Positions 26,782-37,265 of a stretch of 64,000 nt of DNA are shown piece after piece. A model generated the notes under the pieces. The model was not told where the DNA came from. It made no database searches and was given only the letters and a program-made list of their open reading frames with translations. Position 1 is the first letter of the stretch. Every line of letters starts with the position of its first letter. Source of the DNA: a virus (taxonomy: Duplodnaviria > Caudoviricetes); IMG/VR virus record IMGVR_UViG_3300038968_000070, positions 32,001 through 96,000 of that record. The stretch is one strand, 5' to 3'. Position numbers and translations under genes: made by a program.

Positions 26782-27726
26782 TCACCCACAGTCCGGGTCG
26801 CCGTCGACGACGTTGCAGCCGTGCTGTTCGGCGCGGCGCTTCCAGTTGTCGCGTTCGGCTTGGAGCTTGGCCTCGTGTGCGCGCAGGCGGTTGTTGTCGG
26901 TCGACAGCTGCGCGATCTCCGCCTTGAGCATGGCGTAGACGCCGGACGACACGCCGTCGGTGTGCCCCGGCGGATTGCAGTCGTTGCACGGGAGATGATC
27001 GCGGTAGTCCTCGGCCGTGCGGAAGTTGCCATCGCACGGCTTGCGCGCCGCCTGCGCACGGAGCGACTGGACTTGTTCCTGCAACGTCTTGATCGTCAGG
27101 CAGACCGAATCGTCGCAGCTCTCGCACGGCACGTACGGCGCGAAGCCGTGGCGCTGGTCGGGCGGCGTCTCACGATGGCGCTGCGGCGGCGCCGTCGGAG
27201 CCGTGCGGTACGGGTCGCCGGCGGCGTTGTTCAGCGCCGCGGCGCCGGTGTACCCGGCAACGTACGCGGCCGACAGCTCGGACGGCGGATGTCCGTGCGC
27301 GCGGTCGACGGCGCCGCGCGCGGCGGTGACACCGCCTTCGAGCGCGCGGCGCTCGGCGGCGAGGTCACGGTTCAACGCCTGCGCCGCCTCGAACTTCTTC
27401 GGGAAGCGCTCACGGAGCTTGGCGATGTTGCGCGTCCAGCTCGTGTCCCAATCCGACCCGAGGGCGTCGAGGAAGATCGCCATGTACCAGCTCTCGTCAC
27501 CGTGCTCCTCGACGAGATTGACCTCGTCCATGGGCTTGCCGTAGACGAGCCGTTGCTTCAGCACGTCGGCGATCTCGCCGATCTCGGTGACCATCCCCAA
27601 GAGCGCGTGTAGTAGTCGCGCGAGCTTGCGACTCTCCTCGGGCGACGCGCCGGTCACCGTGAGAAAGTCCGGGGGCGCCTCCGTGCGGAGCGCGTTAGCG
27701 ACGTAGTCCTTGCCGTCCATCGTCAT
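26782..27726 (-). CDS. MazG-like NTP pyrophosphohydrolase with C-terminal extension
   Basis: LLHALLGMVTEIGEIADVLK...EEHGDESWY...NIAKLRERFP. Confidence 0.8.
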   Translation of the reverse strand: MTMDGKDYVANALRTEAPPDFLTVTGASPEESRKLARLLHALLGMVTEIGEIADVLKQRLVYGKPMDEVNLVEEHGDESWYMAIFLDALGSDWDTSWTRNIAKLRERFPKKFEAAQALNRDLAAERRALEGGVTAARGAVDRAHGHPPSELSAAYVAGYTGAAALNNAAGDPYRTAPTAPPQRHRETPPDQRHGFAPYVPCESCDDSVCLTIKTLQEQVQSLRAQAARKPCDGNFRTAEDYRDHLPCNDCNPPGHTDGVSSGVYAMLKAEIAQLSTDNNRLRAHEAKLQAERDNWKRRAEQHGCNVVDGDPDCG

Positions 27727-27728
27727 CG

Positions 27729-27751
27729 TTCGTATCACACGGGTCCGACAG
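27729..27751 (-). promoter_or_regulatory. phage promoter box
   Basis: CTGTCGGACC-CGTGTG-A-TACGAA. Confidence 0.55.
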
Positions 27752-27758
27752 ATCCGGG

Positions 27759-28667
27759 CTACCGTCGCCCCACCTGCGTCATGACCAGGCACGCCGCCGG
27801 CGTACGCTTGGTCGGATCCGCCGCCACCGAGCGCGCCTCGAAGACCTCCTCGATCGTGTAGTGACGATAGAGCTTCCGGATCCGCGCCGTGTCGGCGTTC
27901 GTGTGAATGACGCTGGCACCGCGCCCGAGCGCGTCTTCGAGCGCGTTGCAAAGCCGCTCTTGCTCCGTCGGGCCGAACGGCGTCGCGACGTACCCCATGA
28001 ATGCGGTCGCGTCGCCGTCGTAGGGCGGGTCGACGAAGATGACATCACCCGCGGCCGCCTCGGCGACGACGTCCTCGAAGTCCCACCCCGGCCGGATATC
28101 GGCGTTGCGGATGTGATCGGCGACGGCGGTGAGCGTCTCGACGCTCGGGACGCTAACGCGCCTGCGGTGCCCGTACGGGACGTTGAAGTAGCCCTGCCGG
28201 TTCTCGCGGTAGACCCCGTTGAAGCTCGCGCATTGGAGCCACAAGAAGCGCGCGCTCGGGATCCAGCTCTCGTCGGAGAACGGCTCCACGTTGTGCTGGT
28301 AGCGCAGCTCGCCGTAGCCCTCTTCGGTGTTCCAGTTGTCGCCGGTCTTGTCGAGACCGTAGGCGGTCGCGTACTCGACGATCGCGACGGGCTCACGTTG
28401 TAGCCACCACCAGAGGTAGGCGACGGGCTTGCACGCGTCGCCGAGGACCATGTCGAGCCCATTCGGCATCGCAAGCGCGACGGCACCGGAGCCGAGGAAG
28501 GGCTCGAAGTAGCGCCCGGTCGGCGCGCGCAGCGCCTCGCAACGCGCGGCGAGGTCGACGGCGAACTTGCGCTTCCCGCCGACCCATCGGATGAACGGCT
28601 TGAGGGCCGGGGCGGGTGCGTCGACGTCGTCGTCGTCGTTCTCGATCTCTTCAGCGACCGCGGTCAT
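27759..28667 (-). CDS. dam: DNA adenine methyltransferase (Dam/D12 class)
   Basis: RWVGGK, EPFLGSGAV, FNGVYREN..G.FNVPYG, DPPY. Confidence 0.9.
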   Translation of the reverse strand: MTAVAEEIENDDDDVDAPAPALKPFIRWVGGKRKFAVDLAARCEALRAPTGRYFEPFLGSGAVALAMPNGLDMVLGDACKPVAYLWWWLQREPVAIVEYATAYGLDKTGDNWNTEEGYGELRYQHNVEPFSDESWIPSARFLWLQCASFNGVYRENRQGYFNVPYGHRRRVSVPSVETLTAVADHIRNADIRPGWDFEDVVAEAAAGDVIFVDPPYDGDATAFMGYVATPFGPTEQERLCNALEDALGRGASVIHTNADTARIRKLYRHYTIEEVFEARSVAADPTKRTPAACLVMTQVGRR

Positions 28668-28676
28668 GCAGTCCTA

Positions 28677-28699
28677 CCCCTATCACGTGGGTGCGTCAG
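28677..28699 (-). promoter_or_regulatory. phage promoter box
   Basis: CTGACGCACC-CACGTG-A-TAGGGG. Confidence 0.55.
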
Positions 28700-28733
28700 A
28701 TCCCGTTGAATACAATCGGCTCACGCGACAGCT

Positions 28734-31517
28734 TCACTTCTTCACCTTGAACTTCGAGAGCCCGGGGCGCCCGACGTCCCAGACCAGCTGAGGGTGCTTG
28801 GCCTTCTGCTTGTCGCTCGGCTCGACGTGGTACGCATAGCCGATCTTGAGATCGTTCGGGAACGGGATCACGTCGCCGCTGACACCCTTGACCTCGATGT
28901 AGAACGCCTCGTCGACGTCCTTCGCGAGCCGCTCGGCGTCGTCCTCCCAGCACTCGAAGTAGATCGCGTCGTGCTGGTGCAGAATCGGGAACGCGTCGTC
29001 GTACTTCTCCAGGCGCTTCATGATCTCGACCAGGCCCAGGTCCATGACGTCGGCGCCGAAAAACTGGTTCGGGTTGTTGGCGATGTCGGTCGGCGGCGGG
29101 TTCCCTAGCGGGAAGACGCGACGACGCCCGAGGATGAAGCTGCGTAGCGTGTACGGCGGCTGCGACGTCGTGTAGAGCAAGCGCTGTTGCCACGCGAAGA
29201 CGCCGGGCACGGCTTTCTTCATCGTCGCGATCGCCTCGCGGATCATCTGGAAGCCGCGCGGGCCAGCGAGCGACGGGACCTCGGCGGCGATCGCGCGGTG
29301 CACCGTCGCGTCAGCGCCGCCGTAGATCGCGCCGTATTCGACGCGCTTTGTCGTGTCGCGGAGGTGGTTGTACTCCTCGGACGCTTTGTCGAGGTACCCC
29401 ATCTTCGGGAACGCGATGACGCCGAACTCGTGGTGGATGTCCTTGCCGTCGCGGAAGATGCCGCAGAGGAACGGGTCGCCGCTCTGCACCGCCATCGACC
29501 GCGCTTCGAGCTGCGCCTTGTCGAACGCGACGATGGCGCGGCGCGGTGGCGCGACGAGCTGCCGCCGGATGTTCGGCAGGCGACGCCGCGGGTCCTCGTT
29601 CGTCTCGTCGCCCATCGACCAGTTGGAGCTGGCCGGTTCCTCGGAGCCGTAGCGCCCGCTGATCTGCGTCGGCTTCCAGATCGGGTGGACGCGGCCGTCT
29701 TCCTGTACGAACGGCGGGCGCCACTTGCCGGCGCTGTCCTGCGTCCACTCGTACATGCGCACGACGAACGTGTCGAACAACTGCTCGTTGGCGCGCAGCC
29801 GTAGAAGCTCGTCGACCTCGGGGTAGTTGGCAAACTTCTCCAGCACCGACGCGCCGGTCGCGGTACGCCCGCCCTTCGTCGTCGCCCAGAGCGGCACGCC
29901 GGCCGCCTTCAGGAACGCCGCGGCGTGCCAGTCGTTCGACGCGCTGAACTCGAACTTGCCCTTCTCGATCTCCTTCGCCAGCTCGGCCTCACGGACGCGG
30001 ATACGGTCGGCGTAGAACTCGGGGTCTTTCTTGCGCTGCGTCTTCGCCCGTTCGGCGGCGAGCTTGGCGTGCACGCGATCCGCGATCTCGCGGTACCGCC
30101 CGTCCATGAACGTGTTGGCTTCGTCGATGACGGTCTTGAGCCGCTTCTTGATCTCGGCGTTGACGTCCGGGTCGACGTAGTAGCCCCGCAGGTGCATCTT
30201 CGTCGCGAAGGCACCCTTGATCTTGTCGACGTCGTAGACCTTCTCGACGCCGTAGCGCTTGATCCAAAAGAGCGTCGGCGCGATCGTCGCATCGGTGGCG
30301 AACGCGTCCTTCGCCGAATAGACCGCTTCGTCTTCGAGGCTATCACCGGCGTCGCGAAACTCGCTCTTCCACGGCTCGATCGCTCGGTACTGGCAAGCGA
30401 CGTGTTGGAGCGTCTTCTTGGCGCCCGGCCACGCGACGTGCTGCCCGAGGAGCGTGTCCTCCGTCGGACCGTTGATCGTGAAGCGGTACCACTGGTTCTG
30501 CGAGACGGCGCCGTCGTAGACCTGCCCGTTGTGCCACGCCTTCGTGACGTTCGGGTCGGCGAGCACCTTACCGTACTCCTCGACCATCACCGGGTCGAGG
30601 AGATCCCACAGCACGCAGCACGCCTTACCGTCGCTGGCCAAGCTGAGCAGCCGGATCTTCGCCACGAACGCCTGCAACGCGAAGTTACGCTCGGGGTCGT
30701 CGACGTACGTCTCGTAGTCGATCGTGAGGCGCCCGGTGTCACGCGCGGCGCAGAGACGCTCCCAGACTAGCTCACGCGCACGGTTGGGGTCCTTCAGCTC
30801 GATGAACAGCTCCTCACCGACGCGCATCCGTAGGCGGATGTCCTTACCGTCGGCGAGGTTCTTGACCTTGAGGATGTCCCACTTGAGCGACCAGTACGCG
30901 AGGTCGGCGACGTGTGAGCCGGTCTTCTCCGGGCCCTTGTCGCCGTCGCCGGAGCTGCGAAGGATCGCCGCCGGATGCACGGACGGGATGATCGACCGGA
31001 CGCCGCTACCGTCGACGTCGACCTCGAAGTGCGCGCCGGCGATCTTCGTGATCGGCAACGTCGTCGCTCCTTCAAGGAGCGTCGCCGCGGCGACGTCACC
31101 GAGGACGAGCACGGGAATATCGGGGCGCTCCATCAGCTCGCGTTCGAGCCGTGGCTGGCAACACTTCGCGGCCTGCTTTCGGACCTTGGGGTCCTTCCCG
31201 AGCTTGCCAAGAGGCGGGCACAGGGTCGCGTTCGTCACCCACGCCAGGTTCCGGTCGACGTTCGTCTCACGGAGCCCACGGTCGAGTAGCTGCCCCGTGG
31301 GGCCGGCGAACGGCACACCTCGCCGGACCTCTTCGGCACCAGGACCCTCGCCGACGATCACGAAGCGCGGGTTCTCAGGACCGATGCCGCGCACCGGGTG
31401 GCTCGGCCGGCCGTCGACCGCGAACGGGCACTCGGCGCAGTTCGCGCCGTCGGTGTCGCCACGGACGACCGTGGGTGTCGCCGGCGGCGGCGGCGTATCG
31501 GTAGCGACGTCAGTCAC
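28734..31517 (-). CDS. family A DNA polymerase with N-terminal uracil-DNA glycosylase (family 4-like) and 3'-5' exonuclease domains
   Basis: CAECPF, VGEGPG, PFAGPTG, HPAAILR; IDYET; motifs DKAQLEAR, KRVEYGAIYG, QHDAI. Confidence 0.92.
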   Translation of the reverse strand: MTDVATDTPPPPATPTVVRGDTDGANCAECPFAVDGRPSHPVRGIGPENPRFVIVGEGPGAEEVRRGVPFAGPTGQLLDRGLRETNVDRNLAWVTNATLCPPLGKLGKDPKVRKQAAKCCQPRLERELMERPDIPVLVLGDVAAATLLEGATTLPITKIAGAHFEVDVDGSGVRSIIPSVHPAAILRSSGDGDKGPEKTGSHVADLAYWSLKWDILKVKNLADGKDIRLRMRVGEELFIELKDPNRARELVWERLCAARDTGRLTIDYETYVDDPERNFALQAFVAKIRLLSLASDGKACCVLWDLLDPVMVEEYGKVLADPNVTKAWHNGQVYDGAVSQNQWYRFTINGPTEDTLLGQHVAWPGAKKTLQHVACQYRAIEPWKSEFRDAGDSLEDEAVYSAKDAFATDATIAPTLFWIKRYGVEKVYDVDKIKGAFATKMHLRGYYVDPDVNAEIKKRLKTVIDEANTFMDGRYREIADRVHAKLAAERAKTQRKKDPEFYADRIRVREAELAKEIEKGKFEFSASNDWHAAAFLKAAGVPLWATTKGGRTATGASVLEKFANYPEVDELLRLRANEQLFDTFVVRMYEWTQDSAGKWRPPFVQEDGRVHPIWKPTQISGRYGSEEPASSNWSMGDETNEDPRRRLPNIRRQLVAPPRRAIVAFDKAQLEARSMAVQSGDPFLCGIFRDGKDIHHEFGVIAFPKMGYLDKASEEYNHLRDTTKRVEYGAIYGGADATVHRAIAAEVPSLAGPRGFQMIREAIATMKKAVPGVFAWQQRLLYTTSQPPYTLRSFILGRRRVFPLGNPPPTDIANNPNQFFGADVMDLGLVEIMKRLEKYDDAFPILHQHDAIYFECWEDDAERLAKDVDEAFYIEVKGVSGDVIPFPNDLKIGYAYHVEPSDKQKAKHPQLVWDVGRPGLSKFKVKK

Positions 31518-31821
31518 GGTCGCGTGGTCTCCTCAACAACATCGAAACGTGGGGCACCCAGACGAAGTGCGTGCAACCGCGTTGCGAGCGCATCGATCTG
31601 CGCCGGATTCAGCTGCAAGTCGCGGCTGTTGTCGATCAACCAACGCCGCCAGCGGTCAACGGAGCCTCGCGCCATCGTCGATCACTCGACATCGTGCAAC
31701 ACCAACATCGGTCGCTCGGCCGACGGCGCGATCGTCCTCCAATGCTCCGAGCCGGGCCCACCACCGGCGACGATGCGCGTGAACGCGTCGCGATGCTCGG
31801 CGATGACCGCCTCGTCGTGGA

Positions 31822-32169
31822 TCACGGCGAAGTAGCGCCCGGGTCCGGGGTCGTGGTTGACGGCGACGAAGATGTACTGCTTGGCGCCGGGACGTCGGCG
31901 CAGTTCATCGAGCGTGAGCTTGGGCATGGTTCCCTTCTTGTTGCTGTGTTGAACGCGACGAGGAGCGCGTCCCACTGCGCCGACGTGAGCGATGGCTCGA
32001 ACTTGTAGCCAGAGCGCATGACGACGACGCCGTTACTTTCGTTGTTATGCTCGCGGGGCGGGTCGACGCGGATGAACGCGATCTCGTCGACGCGCAGGTT
32101 GATGACGACCGGTGCGGAGCCGGAGCCATCGATGAGGAACTCGGTGTAGATGAACGCGAAGATCGTCAC
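31822..32169 (-). CDS. hypothetical protein
   Basis: GTGA overlap with thyX stop. Confidence 0.45.
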   Translation of the reverse strand: MTIFAFIYTEFLIDGSGSAPVVINLRVDEIAFIRVDPPREHNNESNGVVVMRSGYKFEPSLTSAQWDALLVAFNTATRREPCPSSRSMNCADVPAPSSTSSSPSTTTPDPGATSP

Positions 32170-33236
32170 GACCGCCGCCGCACGGCTTCCATCCGCTTGT
32201 ACGCCTCGACGGCGCGCGACGCCGCACGGATCTCAGCGAGCGACGGCGGCCGCTCGCCGGCGCGCTGCGCCTCGCCGAGCGGGCACACCTTGACGTGGTT
32301 GCCGTTCCAGCACCCGCAAGCCGCACACTTGACGGTCGTAGGACCGGCTTCACCCGGGATGAACTTGCGGAACTGCTTCCAGCCCTTGAACGGTCCGTAG
32401 AACCGTCGGTCGCCGGTCGCCATACACGGGTGCTCGAACGGGCTCATGTGCATCGGGCCGCCGTCCTTGGCGGACGCGATGAGCTTGTCGTGCAAGGCGA
32501 CGTCGTCGACGACGTCACGCACGCCGTTGTGGGTCAGGTAGCTGACGCGCGCGCAGCGCCCGGTCGAGATCTCGCGCAGCCACTTCGACATGGCTTCGAT
32601 CGGCGCCTTGTGCGCGACGTCGATCTCGGTGTCGAAGTCGACGAACGGCAAGTGCCACGACGGTTGGTGCTCGTCTTCAAGGCCGAGGTCGGCGCTGCCA
32701 GGGCCGGGCGGCCGGTAGACCGGCATGTGCTCGTGGTACGACTCCCACGCAAGCGTCGCGAGCTTCTGGAAGCTCGGCTCGGCGTCCTTGTGCTTGCGGA
32801 GGTGGAAGAAGTTGGCCCACTCGGTCGCGGTGATGACGATCGTGATCATCATCCACGGCTCGATGACGCGGTTCACCACCTGCTTTGCAAGACCGAGCTG
32901 CTCACCCTCCTCATGATGTGCCGCCATCAGGTCACGTCCACGCAGCCACCACGCCTCCGCCGCGGCGGTGTCCTCGACCTCCTCGAAGGCTTGCATCCCC
33001 CTCTGATTCTTTCCCCATGAACCCGGGTACGCCGGCGCTTCGAGCACGCGAGCGCGCAGCTTCGCCGCGGGAATGGCGCGGCTCGATGCGCTGTTCCGAC
33101 GCAGCATTCCGTGCGTCAACACCTCCGAATGGATGTGCCGTGGGTATGTCCACTCGAAGGTGGTAAGGCGATCACCCCCATCAGTGATCGAATCGGCGAT
33201 GACGTTGACGGTGATCGGTGCCGCAGGCATGGTCAA
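32166..33236 (-). CDS. thyX: FAD-dependent thymidylate synthase (phage type)
   Basis: YPRHIHSEVLTH...NSASSRAIP, KQVVNRVIEP, NFFHLR, CARVSY, HMSPFEH. Confidence 0.85.
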   Translation of the reverse strand: MTMPAAPITVNVIADSITDGGDRLTTFEWTYPRHIHSEVLTHGMLRRNSASSRAIPAAKLRARVLEAPAYPGSWGKNQRGMQAFEEVEDTAAAEAWWLRGRDLMAAHHEEGEQLGLAKQVVNRVIEPWMMITIVITATEWANFFHLRKHKDAEPSFQKLATLAWESYHEHMPVYRPPGPGSADLGLEDEHQPSWHLPFVDFDTEIDVAHKAPIEAMSKWLREISTGRCARVSYLTHNGVRDVVDDVALHDKLIASAKDGGPMHMSPFEHPCMATGDRRFYGPFKGWKQFRKFIPGEAGPTTVKCAACGCWNGNHVKVCPLGEAQRAGERPPSLAEIRAASRAVEAYKRMEAVRRRS

Positions 33237-33829
33237 CTCTCCCGACGCGAGCGCGTCGCCAACGCCACACGCACGGCATCCGCACGCGCAGCTAGTGATT
33301 CAACATGCCGAAGGAAATCCTCCGGCGACAGGTCCCACTTCATCGTGTTGCAGACGAAGCAACACGCGACGATGTTGTCGATCGTGTAGCCACGGTCGGC
33401 GTTGACGCGATCGAGCCCATGACAGGGGGCGCCGCGCCGACCGAACGGGCGCGCAGGTTCTCGCAGCACCCGCGACGGCGCTGCACCGCAATAAAAGCAC
33501 GGCTCGAAGATCCGTGCCGCGGTCGCGGTCTCGGTCAGGTCGAACGGGAGTCCCCGCTTGCGCGCCGAGACGCGCAAATAGGCCAACACGCGACGCGCGA
33601 TCCGCAGCCGCGGGTCACGGCAACGTGGTTCGTAGTTCAAGCAACCGCACGATTTGGCGCGATCGCCAGTCACGTGCTCGTGCCGAAACCATTTCTCGCG
33701 GCCGCACACGCAGCGCGCGCGCACTTCCTTCACACGCCGAACGGTGCCCGTCTTGAACGTTCGGTCGACCGAACGAACTTCCAAGATCGTCAACCGATTG
33801 CGTACGTCACCGGCCATCAAGCCCATCAC
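33233..33829 (-). CDS. HNH endonuclease (homing-type)
   Basis: CVCG..SCGC N-terminus; CFYCG; GLDRVN...GY..DNIVACCFVCN. Confidence 0.8.
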   Translation of the reverse strand: MMGLMAGDVRNRLTILEVRSVDRTFKTGTVRRVKEVRARCVCGREKWFRHEHVTGDRAKSCGCLNYEPRCRDPRLRIARRVLAYLRVSARKRGLPFDLTETATAARIFEPCFYCGAAPSRVLREPARPFGRRGAPCHGLDRVNADRGYTIDNIVACCFVCNTMKWDLSPEDFLRHVESLAARADAVRVALATRSRRES

Positions 33830-34007
33830 GACGGGCCTTTCACGACGACGAACGCGAGGCGCTCGCTCAGGATTTGAACGGTGACGATCGTCTCGTCGAC
33901 GAACACGTTGCGATTGAGTGTGTGATCAAGGACCGCTTCGAGCGGCGGCGGGTGACGCCACTCATCATGGTTGACGCGGTCCAGATCGACGCGGATGGTG
34001 CGGTACT

Positions 34008-34361
34008 TCACTTCAGCCTCGTCACCTTCGGCGTGTGCGCCTGGCAGCGAGGCTGACCGTTGACGAGCCGATACGCGGCGGCGCCGCAGCCGTCTTCACC
34101 GACCGGTCGCGACAGATGCGTGCATTTCTGCGCCGATGAGATCAGCGAGTCGATGTGCCAGCCGAGGTACCACTCGGCCTTTTCGAGATCCTCGACGAGC
34201 TTCGCAGCGTCCTTCTTGCCGGCGCGCGCGATGTACTTGACGGTGTTGCCCAGCGCGAAGTTGAGCCCCCACGCGGCGATCACCTTGATCGCCTCGTAGA
34301 CGTTGCTACCGCCGCCGTAGTGGCTCGGGTGATCGACGGCTTCACGCCGATCGACCGTCAC
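34008..34361 (-). CDS. DUF3310 protein
   Basis: VDHPSHY...GNTVKYIARAGKK...EDLEKAEWYL. Confidence 0.85.
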   Translation of the reverse strand: MTVDRREAVDHPSHYGGGSNVYEAIKVIAAWGLNFALGNTVKYIARAGKKDAAKLVEDLEKAEWYLGWHIDSLISSAQKCTHLSRPVGEDGCGAAAYRLVNGQPRCQAHTPKVTRLK

Positions 34362-34996
34362 AGCGACGCCTCCAGCACGACATCACCACCACGGCACCGG
34401 CGCCCGGCCCGCGGCTCGACGTCGTCGCCCGTACGCTCGATGGCCACGACCGACATCAGGTCGCGCAGACCACCGGGCTTCCAGAGCTTGGGCGAGTCGT
34501 AGCGGATGTACCAGCCGGGCGGCCGAATGCGCGGGTTGCGCTGCGCGGCGTACGGCAGCAGCGAGTCGCCGATGCTGGCGACGCGACGGTCACCGACGAG
34601 CACGCGAACGGCGCGCTGCACGGCGCGGACCGACACGCTGCCGAAGTCGTCGATCACGGCCTGGTGCAAATCCGCGATCGGGACCGGCACGTAGTCGCCG
34701 ATGTGCGCGTACGCGACCTCGATCAAGTCATCGTTGGCGTCGTCGAGGCGTCGCCGCGGGCTGGCACCGCCGGGGCGAACGCGGTTGAACACGGCGTCGC
34801 CGCCGCAGTAGTCGCAGCGCGGTGCCGCGACGTCGTCACGGACGAACCCACAGTCGCGGCACACCACCTCGAAGGCGTCGACCGTCTTCGTGGCTTTGAT
34901 CGCGCGCGCGATCTTTCCGTGGGCTTCGTGTAGCTCCGTCCGGTCGCACTTGGGATCGCGGCAGAACTGAAGCAGGTCGAGATCGAACAGTCTCAT
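34358..34996 (-). CDS. zinc-ribbon/HTH-like hypothetical protein
   Basis: CRDCG...CDYCGG; SVRAVQRAVRVL. Confidence 0.55.
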   Translation of the reverse strand: MRLFDLDLLQFCRDPKCDRTELHEAHGKIARAIKATKTVDAFEVVCRDCGFVRDDVAAPRCDYCGGDAVFNRVRPGGASPRRRLDDANDDLIEVAYAHIGDYVPVPIADLHQAVIDDFGSVSVRAVQRAVRVLVGDRRVASIGDSLLPYAAQRNPRIRPPGWYIRYDSPKLWKPGGLRDLMSVVAIERTGDDVEPRAGRRCRGGDVVLEASL

Positions 34997-35108
34997 GGTC
35001 CCCCGAACACGAGAGTGAGAGGAAAGGGGCCCCGTTGACGAACGGGACGGCAGTGAACGCACACGGGGCCACGTGCGACGTCCTGGCTCGGCTGCGCGAG
35101 CGCGCAGG

Positions 35109-35705
35109 TTAGCGCGCGCGCTGCGGCGGAGCCGCGGGCCGCGCCGGCGGCGCGGGGGGACGCGCCGGCGGGGCGTTGTTGGCGCGGGCGGGCGCCGGCG
35201 GCGGAGCGGCGGCGGCCGCCTGCTCCTCCTCGACCGGCTCCTCCTGCGAGAGCGAGACGTTGGTGTACGTCTTCTCGCGACCCTCCTGCGGGTCGTACTT
35301 CGTCGACGTCTCCAGCGACGCGTTGGCGTACATCTCGCAGCCGACGACGTTCTTGGTCTCGAACGACAGGCGGACCGGGTCGATGCCGGGCACGCGGAGC
35401 GCGTCGCGGAACACGTGGGCGATGCGGCCGCCGTGACCCTTGAGCTTGAACTTCTGCCCCGAGACGAGGTACCACTGGCGGAACTGCTCGCCCGCGCCGG
35501 CACCGCCGTCGACCTTCTCGTAGGTCACGACGATGTTCTTGCCGTCACCGGCCTTGGTCGGGTCGACGGTGCACGCGACCGCGCGGAAGCGGTGGCGCCC
35601 CGGCTCGATCGTCGGCGCGCCGCCCTGGCCGTCCCACCCGGCGATGCCCTCGGCCGGGACGTTGTCGAAGCCCTCGATGACGAAATTCTGATCTTCGTTG
35701 CTCAT
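35109..35705 (-). CDS. putative ssDNA-binding protein (DUF669-like)
   Basis: IEPGRH...TKAGDGK; position after AAA gene; acidic/Pro tail. Confidence 0.55.
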   Translation of the reverse strand: MSNEDQNFVIEGFDNVPAEGIAGWDGQGGAPTIEPGRHRFRAVACTVDPTKAGDGKNIVVTYEKVDGGAGAGEQFRQWYLVSGQKFKLKGHGGRIAHVFRDALRVPGIDPVRLSFETKNVVGCEMYANASLETSTKYDPQEGREKTYTNVSLSQEEPVEEEQAAAAAPPPAPARANNAPPARPPAPPARPAAPPQRAR

Positions 35706-35810
35706 GCTCTTTCCTTGCTCTTGTTGAGGGGTTGTTGCCCCGGTTGCTTACAGACGAGGGGTGTCGCCCCTCAACTCGAATCGTGGTGACCGATCACTCG
35801 ACGCCAGCGC

Positions 35811-36734
35811 TCAGCGCTGACGAACGGGCGGACGCGGCCGCGGCGCGGCGGGCGCCGGCGTGCTCGTGCCGTTCGACGGTGGCGGCGCCATGGCACCGGG
35901 CGGCGCGAGCGTCGGCGCGGCGCTCTTGAGCAGCGTGATCGCGTGCTCGAACGCGTCGTCGGGGACGTCGGCCGGCGCCCACTCAGGCAGGCCGAGGATC
36001 TCCGCGACCTGCCGGAACGTCGGCCACGGCATCGGGTCGGGGAGCAAGCCACCGTCGCGGCAACCGGCGATGTACTTGTCGAACGCCTGCGTGCGCGCCT
36101 CGTAGACGGTGACCGGCGCCTTGGTCTCGGGATCCTCGGCGACCCACTTGCGATGGTAGAAGATGTAGTCGCAGCCGGCGGGGAAGCGCTGACGCGACTT
36201 GCCCGAGAGCATCGGACCACCGAGCTGTTGCTCGTCAGGCGGCGCCGCGAGCGCGAGCCACACGACGTGGCACGGCCACTTGTGGACCTGCACGCGCGTG
36301 TTCGACAGGTGGTTCGCCATCGCGCCGTAGAGCGCGCGCGTGTCCATGCCCTTCGAGCCGCCACCGAGCGCCTTCAGCATCTTCTGGTGCTCGTGCTGGT
36401 ACCAGCTCTCGGCGTAGAACGTGAGTGAGTCGATGACGACGGTGGTGATCCAGCCGTTGCGGACCCACTCCTCGGCGATCGTCAAGGCGACGATCATCTG
36501 GCTCTGATCGGCGACGGGCAGGACGACCGGGCCCTTGCCAGGGTGGTAGAACTGATCCTCCGGCATGTGTTCGAGCGTGGTCCACCCGCGCTCGCTCGCG
36601 TCGGAGATGAAGAGCGCGTTGGGCGTCGTGCCGGCGAAGAAGGTCTTTCCCGCGCGCGTGTCGCCGTAGCAACAGAACGTGCGGTAGCTGGCCGCCGACG
36701 ACTGGCCAGAACGGATACGGATGGGTTGGATCAC
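35811..36734 (-). CDS. AAA_24/Sak4-like ATPase
   Basis: YGDTRAGKT Walker A; VVIDSLT Walker B. Confidence 0.8.
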   Translation of the reverse strand: MIQPIRIRSGQSSAASYRTFCCYGDTRAGKTFFAGTTPNALFISDASERGWTTLEHMPEDQFYHPGKGPVVLPVADQSQMIVALTIAEEWVRNGWITTVVIDSLTFYAESWYQHEHQKMLKALGGGSKGMDTRALYGAMANHLSNTRVQVHKWPCHVVWLALAAPPDEQQLGGPMLSGKSRQRFPAGCDYIFYHRKWVAEDPETKAPVTVYEARTQAFDKYIAGCRDGGLLPDPMPWPTFRQVAEILGLPEWAPADVPDDAFEHAITLLKSAAPTLAPPGAMAPPPSNGTSTPAPAAPRPRPPVRQR

Positions 36735-37087
36735 GCGGCGATCTCCTCGACCCACGCGACGCAGAACTCGCCGGTCGCGGGGTCATACTTCGTGTTGTCG
36801 ACGAGCACGTCTTGCGCCACCCCGGCCTCCAGCGCGATGCACATGACGACGACGATGACGGCGTCCGGCGGATGGAGCGGGTACGGACCTTGACTGATCG
36901 GTGATGCGATCACTCGCCAGATACCGGGCGGCGTGCGATCGGTGATGACCTTCCAGCCCAGGACGACGCGAATCGCGGTGAGGCCGCCGGCAGCCTCGAC
37001 CGCCGCGCCCTCGATGACGTGCACGAGCGCGCGGACGTCGACGCCGGGGAACGCGGACACGGCCTCGCGGATCTGCGCCTCGGTCAC
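36731..37087 (-). CDS. hypothetical protein
   Basis: Coupled ORF. Confidence 0.5.
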   Translation of the reverse strand: MTEAQIREAVSAFPGVDVRALVHVIEGAAVEAAGGLTAIRVVLGWKVITDRTPPGIWRVIASPISQGPYPLHPPDAVIVVVMCIALEAGVAQDVLVDNTKYDPATGEFCVAWVEEIAA

Positions 37088-37265
37088 TTCGAGACCTCGA
37101 CGACGTCGGCGAGGACGAAGGACGGGAACTGCCGCAGCACGTCCGTCGCAGCCATGCGGTCGTGGAACCGCACCGCGGTGCGCTTGGTGCCGCCCATCAT
37201 CGGGAATCGGGGGTTGGTGCCGTTGTAGTAGCGCCCGGTCATGGTGTCTTTGATGAGATAGACGG

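Noticed and set aside
28734-31517. DpoZ / Z-genome system
   Set aside because: No PurZ-like or DatZ-like gene seen, and a Dam-type methylase is present.
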